Source: Acidobacteriota bacterium
Lineage (GTDB): Bacteria; Acidobacteriota; Thermoanaerobaculia; Gp7-AA8
NCBI GenBank assembly: GCA_016184115.1
Contig: JACPDH010000050.1
Location: 1,701-65,700, forward strand
DNA length: 64,000 nt
Reading direction: 5' to 3'
The position numbers and the translations under genes are program-made. The notes beneath the pieces are model-generated. The model made no database searches. It was not told the origin of the DNA and worked only from the letters and a program-made list of their open reading frames with translations. This document shows, piece after piece, positions 45,289 through 52,604 of the stretch. The first letter of the stretch is position 1. The number at the start of each line of letters is the position of its first letter.

Positions 45289-45923
45289 ACGGCGCCGCGG
45301 CCCTCCTTGCGCTCGCCCTCGTCGCGATACCTCCGGCGCTCCAGGCGTGGATACGCTCTTCGAATTCGCGGGCGAGCACGCAGAAGGGGATCGGACAGTA
45401 CGAAGCGAAGAAGCATGCCGAGGCTGCGTCGTCTTTCGCCGAAGCGGAACGAATCGATCGCAGCGCGATCGCGCGCTACAACCTCGGAACTGCGCGCATT
45501 GCCGCGGGAGAGGGCTCGCGGGCGACCGAAGACTTTGGCGATGCGATCAAAGACGATGCGCTGGCGACCGATGCGTTTTACAACCGAGGCTCTGCCTCGT
45601 TGCAGGCATCGTCGTGGGACGACGCCATCCGCGACTTCTCCGATGTCCTCCGACGGAATCCCGCCGACGCCGACGCGAAGCGGAATCTCGAGATCGCCCT
45701 GCGAAAAAAGAAACAGGCAGAAGACAAGCGTCGCGAGCAGCAACAGCAGTCGAGTCGGGGCAACGACCGGAAGCAGGAGCAGCCTAAAGCGGGTGAGAAG
45801 GGCGAACAGCAGCCGGGCGGCGAGGTCGACGTCGAGTCGCTTCTCCGTTCGGTCAGCCAGCAGGAGCAGGAAGAGCTCTCTCGCATGCGCCGCTCGGCCG
45901 CGACGAGGGGACGCAACTGGTGA
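45285..45923 (+). CDS. batC: TPR protein BatC
   Basis: Signal/TM segment, TPR units (YNLGTA, FYNRGSA) and a charged K/E/Q-rich tail. Start at MNGAAALL; the upstream part of the track ORF was rejected. Confidence 0.7.
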   Translation: MNGAAALLALALVAIPPALQAWIRSSNSRASTQKGIGQYEAKKHAEAASSFAEAERIDRSAIARYNLGTARIAAGEGSRATEDFGDAIKDDALATDAFYNRGSASLQASSWDDAIRDFSDVLRRNPADADAKRNLEIALRKKKQAEDKRREQQQQSSRGNDRKQEQPKAGEKGEQQPGGEVDVESLLRSVSQQEQEELSRMRRSAATRGRNW

Positions 45924-47503
45924 TGGCGCGGCGGGCGCTACGGCTCCTGATCGTCGCGAGTCTCGCGCTCTCCGCGCGCGGAGAGAACGAGCTCAGGGTC
46001 GAGCCGCGCCGCGTTCCACTCGACGAATCGGTCAAGATCACCGTAGTCTTGCGCGACGCATTCGCCGGGATCGATGTGGTCGATCTTCCTCTCGAGAATC
46101 TCGAACTGCGGGGGGCCGCGGCGACGTCGGTCGAGATGTCGTTCATCAACGGAACGGGATCGAAACGCAAGACTCTGACCTGGTGGGCATCGCCGAAGAG
46201 AGAGGGAGCTGCGCGCGTGGGCCCGGTCGTGCTCAGAACGAAGGACGGAGCGCGCGACGAGTTGCCGGCGGTGGAGATCGTCGTGGCGCCGCAGCCCGCG
46301 ATTGATTCGTCGAACCTCGCGCAGGCATTCGACCAGCTCTACATGGCGGGTCGCGACCAGGTGCTGCTCGCGGTCGACACACCAAAGCTCGAGGTCTGGC
46401 AGGGCGAGGCGATCGACGTCGACTGGAGCCTCTATACGGCGGCATCGATCCGGCGCTATGCGATCACGTCGAGCCCGAAGCTCGACGGTTTCTGGATCGA
46501 AGAAGACCCGATCCGCGACGCGATGCCGGTGGACGTGACCCTAGGCGGCCACGCCGCGCAGAGGATCGCGATACGGCACGCGACGCTTTTTCCGCTCAAG
46601 TCCGGCACGGTCGAGATTCCCCCGCTCGAGGCCGGCATCGAAGTGATCCGGCCGTTGAACGATCCGTTCGGCGGGTTCAGCCTGCTGGAGGGGCGCGTCG
46701 TCGACGTTAGGCGGCGGACCGCGGCGACGACACTCGTCGTCAAGCCGTTGCCGGGTGCGTTCGACGCGGTCGGCCGCTTCACGATGAAGCGTTCCACGCC
46801 GCAGGTCTCGCCCTCCGGAACCGTCGTGCTCGACGTCACCGTGAGCGGAGCGGGGAACCTCCGTTCGACGAGCCCTCCCCGTTGGATCGAGCCGGTCGCC
46901 GGCGACGTGGAGGTCGAGGAGCTCGGCACGGAGATCACCTCGCGCGCGCCGCTGTCGATGTCACGCCGCTGGCGCTACGTCGTGTTTCCCCGTTCCGACG
47001 GCGCGATGCAGCTTCCCGGCCTCGAGCTTCGCACGTTTGATCCCGTCACCGCGACTCCCACATCTGTTTCATGCGCCGCGGCACGTGTCGTCGTACGGCG
47101 GGCGGTTGCGAAGGAGTTAGGGAGCGAGGGCAACGCGGTCGCGCGGCCGGCGGAGCGCTCGAACGACATGGCAGCGATTGTCGCGGCGCTCGCGGGCCTT
47201 CTCGGCTGCACTCTCGTCGCCGCGTGGCTGCTTCGAGGGCGCGGGCACGACGCGCGGGAGCTCGCGTCGCTTCTCTCGCGAGCCGACCAGCCTCGCGAGC
47301 TTCGCCGCGCACTTACCGACCTGGCAACCAGGCACGGCCGCGATCCGCGTGCGCTCTTCCACGAGGCAGGCGAGCTCGGAGACGCCTGGCGTTCGGTCCA
47401 TTCGCTCGCCGATCTCGTCGAGAAAGAGCCGGCATCGGTCGACGACGCACGGCGCGAGCTCGAGCGACGTGCGCGCCGGCTCCTGCAACTGCTGCCGAAT
47501 TGA
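45920..47503 (+). CDS. batD: BatD-like oxygen-tolerance protein
   Basis: Signal peptide, large beta-rich ectodomain, C-terminal TM helix and cytoplasmic tail, in the position after batC. Confidence 0.65.
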   Translation: MMARRALRLLIVASLALSARGENELRVEPRRVPLDESVKITVVLRDAFAGIDVVDLPLENLELRGAAATSVEMSFINGTGSKRKTLTWWASPKREGAARVGPVVLRTKDGARDELPAVEIVVAPQPAIDSSNLAQAFDQLYMAGRDQVLLAVDTPKLEVWQGEAIDVDWSLYTAASIRRYAITSSPKLDGFWIEEDPIRDAMPVDVTLGGHAAQRIAIRHATLFPLKSGTVEIPPLEAGIEVIRPLNDPFGGFSLLEGRVVDVRRRTAATTLVVKPLPGAFDAVGRFTMKRSTPQVSPSGTVVLDVTVSGAGNLRSTSPPRWIEPVAGDVEVEELGTEITSRAPLSMSRRWRYVVFPRSDGAMQLPGLELRTFDPVTATPTSVSCAAARVVVRRAVAKELGSEGNAVARPAERSNDMAAIVAALAGLLGCTLVAAWLLRGRGHDARELASLLSRADQPRELRRALTDLATRHGRDPRALFHEAGELGDAWRSVHSLADLVEKEPASVDDARRELERRARRLLQLLPN

Positions 47504-47669
47504 GCTCTCCGCCGGGCCGCGGGTAAAGCGCCGTGAGCGGGGATCGCTGAGGTCACGCGAGGGCGCTGCTTCCGTTCCGACGGCTGAGGCAGTTGTCCGA
47601 TTCGTGACGGTGCGGTCGCGGTCGGCGTCCCCTCGATCTCACGTCGGCGCGTTGCGTCTACGCTGCGGC

Positions 47670-47697
47670 TTGACTCCCCGCACGGCGGGCATATTGT
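47670..47697 (+). promoter_or_regulatory. candidate sigma70-type promoter
   Basis: TTGACT, 16 nt, TATTGT. GAGGAGG Shine-Dalgarno sequence before the ATG at 47730. Confidence 0.3.
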
Positions 47698-47729
47698 GGA
47701 CGTAGCGTCACACAGAGGAGGCTGCGTCG

Positions 47730-48215
47730 ATGATTGAACAGAAGACGGAAATCGCTCCTATTGTCGTGAACACAGTCGTCAACCTCTCCGCATCCGAGGC
47801 CTTCAAGCTCTTCACCGACGGGATGGCGGAATGGTGGCCGCTCCAGTCGCACTCGGTTGCTCCCGGATCATCGAAGACTTGTGTCTTCGAAGCGAAGGAG
47901 GGGGGCGAGATCTACGAAGTTGCTGCGGACGATGAGCAGCATCTCTGGGGTACGGTCGAGGAATGCGCCGAACCGGAGAGCATCGCCTTCAGCTGGCACC
48001 CAGGCCGCGAAGCGGCGACAGCGCAGCAGATCGAAGTGCTCTTCGATGCCGATGGCGACGTCACACACGTGGAGCTGGTCCATTCGGGCTGGGAGAGCTA
48101 CGGTGAGGGCGCAGAGGAAATGCGCGATAACTACGACGGTGGCTGGCAGTACGTACTCGGCGAGTGCTTCCGCAGCGCGGCGGCGAGGGCGGGAACGCTG
48201 GACGCTGAGCGCTGA
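47730..48215 (+). CDS. SRPBCC/AHSA1-like (START-fold) protein
   Basis: V.N.V.NLSASEAFKLFTD....WWP and WG.V.E..P...IAFSW pattern of Aha1/BPI-like SRPBCC proteins. Confidence 0.7.
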   Translation: MIEQKTEIAPIVVNTVVNLSASEAFKLFTDGMAEWWPLQSHSVAPGSSKTCVFEAKEGGEIYEVAADDEQHLWGTVEECAEPESIAFSWHPGREAATAQQIEVLFDADGDVTHVELVHSGWESYGEGAEEMRDNYDGGWQYVLGECFRSAAARAGTLDAER

Positions 48216-48484
48216 ACGCGAAACGCTGAACCGACTGGTCGCGCGAGTGCTACGGGAGGCGCCGCTCGTGCAGACTGTCGTCCCGAGCCCGCGAAGCGGG
48301 AGAGGGACCTCTCAGGCTGGTGCGGTCAGGCCACGGGGCAGTAGAAGCGCGCGGCTCAAGTTCACGATGGTAGAAGGCTGCGAGGTCCTTCGTCGCTCTT
48401 CCGCTTCGCGAAGTCGCTCCTCAGGGCGACCGGGCAAGCGGGTTGCGCATGAACCTGCAGCAGCGCGGCGTTACAGGTTCGCGG

Positions 48485-49156
48485 TTACTTCATTCCCGCC
48501 AGCATCTCCTTCGCGAGCGGCCTAACGCCATCGATGATGAACTGGACGCCGATGGCGCCGACGAGGAGGCCCATGACCTTGTCGAACACGACGCGGCCTC
48601 GCACGCCGATGAAGCGCGAGATCGGAAGAGCGGCGAGAAGCACGAGGTAGCTGGCGACGCCGATCGCGGCAATACCTCCGAGGACTGCGAGCCTGGCCTC
48701 GAACGTCTTGTGGAGCGCGACGAGGAGCATCACCGACGTGATCGCGCCGGGTCCCGATAGGAGCGGAATCGCGAGCGGCACGACGGCGACGCTGAATGCG
48801 TCCTGCGCCTCGGCTGCGTGCACCATCTTCTCGTCGGGCGCGCGATTCGATCGCGTAGTCTCCGGACGTGACTCGTCTTCGAGGAGCGACATCACCGAGC
48901 TCGCGAAGAAGTAGACGCCGCCCATGATCTGGAACGCCGGTAGCGTGATCCCGAAGAACTTGAAGACGACATTGCCGAAGAAGAGAAATATCGTCAGAAC
49001 CGCGGTCGTCGCGAGGCCGGCGATGAGCGCGACACGCGCTCTCGTCCCCTTCGTCATATTTCCCGTCATCGCAACGAACGATGGAACGACGGAAAGAGGG
49101 TTCACCATCGCGAAGAGCGCGGTGAATGTGACGAGAGAGATCTCCCAGAGCGGCAT
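48485..49156 (-). CDS. MarC-family (UPF0056) membrane protein
   Basis: FAMVNPLS, PLAIPLLSGPGAI, six TM helices. Confidence 0.85.
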   Translation of the reverse strand: MPLWEISLVTFTALFAMVNPLSVVPSFVAMTGNMTKGTRARVALIAGLATTAVLTIFLFFGNVVFKFFGITLPAFQIMGGVYFFASSVMSLLEDESRPETTRSNRAPDEKMVHAAEAQDAFSVAVVPLAIPLLSGPGAITSVMLLVALHKTFEARLAVLGGIAAIGVASYLVLLAALPISRFIGVRGRVVFDKVMGLLVGAIGVQFIIDGVRPLAKEMLAGMK

Positions 49157-49290
49157 GCCTGTGGAACTTTAGCAGGGGAGTTGATGGAAGGGGAAAGGGC
49201 CGGGCTCGGGCTCGCTCAGGAAGAGGGTTCGGAGTGACAGTGCGTCGCCGAGGGGCGTAGGACGAATACCCACGAGCTACCCGACGGAAA

Positions 49291-49392
49291 CCCTGAATTT
49301 AGAAGTTAGAACGCTGAAGGTTGAATCCAGAAAGAGAGGCGCGCAGTTCTTTCTGGATTCAACCTTCAGCGTTCTAGCTGCTAAATTCAGGG
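49291..49392. repeat. 102-nt palindromic repeat element (GTTAGAACG...TTGAATCCAGAA family)
   Basis: 44-nt arms 49291-49334 and 49349-49392 pair at 42 of 44 positions around a 14-nt loop. The core is about 85% identical to the element at 57571. The right arm encodes the last 6 codons and stop of addA. Confidence 0.8.
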
Positions 49393-52300
49393 TCTCGAGC
49401 CTCGATCATGCGTTCGGTGTCCGCGGATACGTACCAGAGAAGCCCGCGGCATGGTTCGCCGGCGAGATCGGTGACGATCTCGCAGTAGCGCCGCACCTGC
49501 GACTTGTCCTTTTCAAGTCGCCACTCATCAGCGCGTCCACTCTTGTAGTCGAGAACGACAAGCTGGTCTCCATCGCGGAGGAGCCTGTCGATCCGCAGCT
49601 CCTCGACCGCGCCACCCTTTGCGACATGGATGACGACCTCGCGGCCGAGCGTCTCGATGGAGCTCAGCCACTGCCAGTTGTCCGACGCGCAGAGCGCCAC
49701 GACGCGGTCACGGACGATCGCGGCGTCGTTCGCGCCGAGTGCGGCCTCGACGCGCAGAGCCTCAACGAGCGGTGCGAGCGTCGCCGCGTCGCCGTCCCAC
49801 CGCTCGAGCACGCGGTGAAGCATCGAGCCGCGCTCGCGGTAGCGAGCGGCGGCGAGCCGTTGTTCGACGACCTCGGCTGCAAGGCGATCGGGCTCCGATG
49901 GTGGAGGACGGAGCGCAGCGCAGAGCGCGTCGGTGATCGACGACGGCGCCGAGTGCGCGTCGACAATCGCTCGTGCGTCGTCATTCGCGAAACGCGAAGG
50001 CTCAGCCGCGTCTGCCGGGGCCGCGCATCGCTCGAACGCAACCTCAATCGACTGCCCGCCAATCGCGAGAGACTCGATGCTCTCACCCGGCGCATCGGGA
50101 AAGTGATCCGGCAGCTGCCCCTTGTCGATGCAGAGGCAAAGTCGAAGTCGCTTGAGGAAGTTCTGGTCCTTCTGAGAGCTTTTTCCCGGATGCGTGACGA
50201 AGACGACACGCGAGGCGGCTCGCGTGACCGCGACATAGAAGAGGCGATCGGTCTCTCCGCTCATCCGGTCGCTCATGACGCTCGCAAGCGTCGCGTCGTC
50301 ATGCCCGGGTCTCTCTTCGCCCGACGAGACCGTCGCCGCGCTGCCCGTCATGACGAGGCGCTTCGGCTCCGCCGTCGCGAAGGCGGGACGCGATCCTCCG
50401 CCTACCTGTGATGAGAGATCGGGGAGAAGAACCGTATCGAATTCGAGCCCCTTCGAGCCGTGTACCGTCATGATCCGGACCGCGTCGGCGTCGTGGTCGG
50501 CGAGGTTAGGCTCAGACTCGACCTCCTCTTCGCGTCGGACCGCGAGGTCGTCGACGAACTGCGCGAGGGAGCCGCCGGACGTTCGGTCGTACGACACGGC
50601 GATCTCGCGGATCCTGTCGAAATGCGACAGCCGCGAGCCTGCATCGCGCAGTAGCGATGCCGTTGCCGCGACATCGGTCTCCGCGAGCACGAAGTCGATG
50701 ACGTCACCGACGCTGCTGCGCCGTGCGACCTCGCGCCAGGCGTCGAGGCGCGCCTCGAACGCGCTCCAGATGCACGCGCATTCTCGTTCGCATGCAACGT
50801 GATGGGCGCCGATCTCGTCGTCGGTGATCGCGAAGAGCGACGAGCGCGCGGCCGACACGCGGGCCGCGAGGTCGAACGGATGTGCGACTGCGCGCAGCGT
50901 TGCCATCAAGTCGACGATCGCTGGCTGCTCGAGTAGTGAGCCCGCCGACTGCGTCACGCTCGCAATCCCGCGCGCGGCGAGCGCAGCGGCAATCGCCGCG
51001 ATCGGCTTGTTCTTTCGCGGCAGGATCGCATAGCGCGACAGCGCACCCGGCCTTACGGCGAGGTCGCGCGCGATCCACTCCGCCATCGCGGCTGCCTCGT
51101 CGTCAGTTGCGTCGCTCTCCGAGTCGTGGGAGAGAAGAATGCGAACGACGGGGCCGTCTTCGTCGCCGTCTTCCCGCCTCGCCTCGAGCGGCTGATAGAC
51201 GGGATGGACGACGTTCGGGTCGCGCTCTCGTTCGGCGAGAAGCACACCGAACATCGCGTTGATCGCAGCGACGAGGCGCGGCGCGCTCCGGAACTGCCCC
51301 CCGAGGAATTCCTTGGTCGCGCCGGCCTCGACGAAACCCTCAACGGTCGCGCGATAGGTCTCCGGGTCGGCGCTGCGGAACGCGTAGATCGACTGCTTCG
51401 GATCGCCGACGACGGTCACACGCCCAGGGACGAGATTCCCCGCGCTTTCGCGCGCAAGGAGGTCGACGATCTTCGCCTGTACGCGATCGGTGTCCTGGAA
51501 CTCGTCGACGAAGATGTGGTCGTACCGTGCGCGAACCTGTGCCAGCACCCGAGGGTCGTCGAGGAGCGCCGCCGACAGTGTCAGCAAATCGTCGAAGTCG
51601 ACCGCGCCGAGCTCCTCTTTCGCGCGTTCGCGGAAGGTCGCGAAGCGGACCGCAACCTCGCGAAGCGCTTCGCCGACACGATGGCTGCGAAGCAGCGCGA
51701 ACGGAGAAGGACGCTTGCCCTCCTTGCCGTCGGTGCCGCGGAGTTGCTGCAGCTCCGCGCGGCCGGTGTAGGTCCTGGGCCCCTTCTGAAACGAGAGGAG
51801 GTCGAGGAGCTTCTCGAACGGACGCGACCATTCGAGCCAGTCGCCGATCGAATCGGAGGCGGGAGGTTCGTGTGTCCGGAGCCATTGCGCTGCGTCGAGC
51901 GCTTCCCTCGGTACCTTTCCCAAGGGGTCGGCTCGAAGCTCGCAGACGACGGCCAGCATCGCGCGCAGCGACCCGATCAGCACGCCGGGATCGCCGAGCG
52001 TCAGCTCCTCGTCGCGCAAGAGCTCAGCGCGCGACGAAAGCTCGAAGACTTCCTCGCGAATCGAGTCGAGTTTTGCGAACTGGCGAAAGAGGGTCGTCCA
52101 CTCGCCGATCCACCCAGGGTCGGCAGTTGCCGAGAGCTCCTCCTCGAGCCAGTCACTCCAGATCTCGTCGAGCACGCGGTTCTTCTCGTATCCCTCGATG
52201 ATTCGGAACTGTGCCGGCAGGCCTGCTTCGATCGGGTAGAGGCGGAGCAGAGACTGGCAGAACGAGTGAATCGTCTGTGAGCGGAGACGATCGATCTGCT

Positions 52301-52604
52301 GAAGGTGCCGCGCGCAGGCGACGCGCGCCGTTGCCACGTCTTCAGGTGCGACGCGATATGCGGGTGAGTCGCGATTCGATGGCCAGCGAGGATCGTCGTC
52401 CATCGTCGCGTCGATGTCGGTCAGCGCCTCGCGGATTCTGTCTGCGATCTCCGCCGCGGCCTTTTCGGTGAAGGTCGTGAGGACGATCCGCTCGGGATCG
52501 GCGTCGGGATCGCGCAGCAGCAGGTCGAGCACGTGGCGGACGATCGTGGTCGTCTTCCCTGTACCGGCTCCCGCCTCGATGACGCGGTTGGCGCGCGCGG
52601 TCAC
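49374..52604 (-). CDS. addA: AddA-like UvrD/Rep helicase-nuclease
   Basis: Walker A AGAGTGKTTT, UvrD motifs (FTEKAA, DEFQDT, VGDPKQSIY, TVHGSKGLEF) and a C-terminal PD-(D/E)XK motif (VVLDYKSG). GTG start at 52604 overlaps the addB stop (GTGA). Confidence 0.8.
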   Translation of the reverse strand: MTARANRVIEAGAGTGKTTTIVRHVLDLLLRDPDADPERIVLTTFTEKAAAEIADRIREALTDIDATMDDDPRWPSNRDSPAYRVAPEDVATARVACARHLQQIDRLRSQTIHSFCQSLLRLYPIEAGLPAQFRIIEGYEKNRVLDEIWSDWLEEELSATADPGWIGEWTTLFRQFAKLDSIREEVFELSSRAELLRDEELTLGDPGVLIGSLRAMLAVVCELRADPLGKVPREALDAAQWLRTHEPPASDSIGDWLEWSRPFEKLLDLLSFQKGPRTYTGRAELQQLRGTDGKEGKRPSPFALLRSHRVGEALREVAVRFATFRERAKEELGAVDFDDLLTLSAALLDDPRVLAQVRARYDHIFVDEFQDTDRVQAKIVDLLARESAGNLVPGRVTVVGDPKQSIYAFRSADPETYRATVEGFVEAGATKEFLGGQFRSAPRLVAAINAMFGVLLAERERDPNVVHPVYQPLEARREDGDEDGPVVRILLSHDSESDATDDEAAAMAEWIARDLAVRPGALSRYAILPRKNKPIAAIAAALAARGIASVTQSAGSLLEQPAIVDLMATLRAVAHPFDLAARVSAARSSLFAITDDEIGAHHVACERECACIWSAFEARLDAWREVARRSSVGDVIDFVLAETDVAATASLLRDAGSRLSHFDRIREIAVSYDRTSGGSLAQFVDDLAVRREEEVESEPNLADHDADAVRIMTVHGSKGLEFDTVLLPDLSSQVGGGSRPAFATAEPKRLVMTGSAATVSSGEERPGHDDATLASVMSDRMSGETDRLFYVAVTRAASRVVFVTHPGKSSQKDQNFLKRLRLCLCIDKGQLPDHFPDAPGESIESLAIGGQSIEVAFERCAAPADAAEPSRFANDDARAIVDAHSAPSSITDALCAALRPPPSEPDRLAAEVVEQRLAAARYRERGSMLHRVLERWDGDAATLAPLVEALRVEAALGANDAAIVRDRVVALCASDNWQWLSSIETLGREVVIHVAKGGAVEELRIDRLLRDGDQLVVLDYKSGRADEWRLEKDKSQVRRYCEIVTDLAGEPCRGLLWYVSADTERMIEARDPEFSS

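Noticed and set aside
45307-46305. 332-aa alternative-frame + ORF across batC/batD (and 44925-45284 upstream of batC)
   Set aside because: Off-frame Arg/Ser-rich translation. batC and batD in their own frames show signal peptides, TPR units and operon-style overlaps.
48280-48308. Nested GC hairpin GTCCC-GAG-CCCGC-GAA-GCGGG-AGA-GGGAC between convergent genes
   Set aside because: It is single-copy in the window with no U-tract. It may be a minor REP-like hairpin, but there is too little evidence to call it.
49291-49392. GTTAGAAC...GTTCTAAC palindromes (also 57571-57660) as integron attC sites
   Set aside because: The core sites do not fit RYYYAAC / GTTRRRY in the required orientation, there is no integrase or cassette organisation, and the arms are too perfectly paired.
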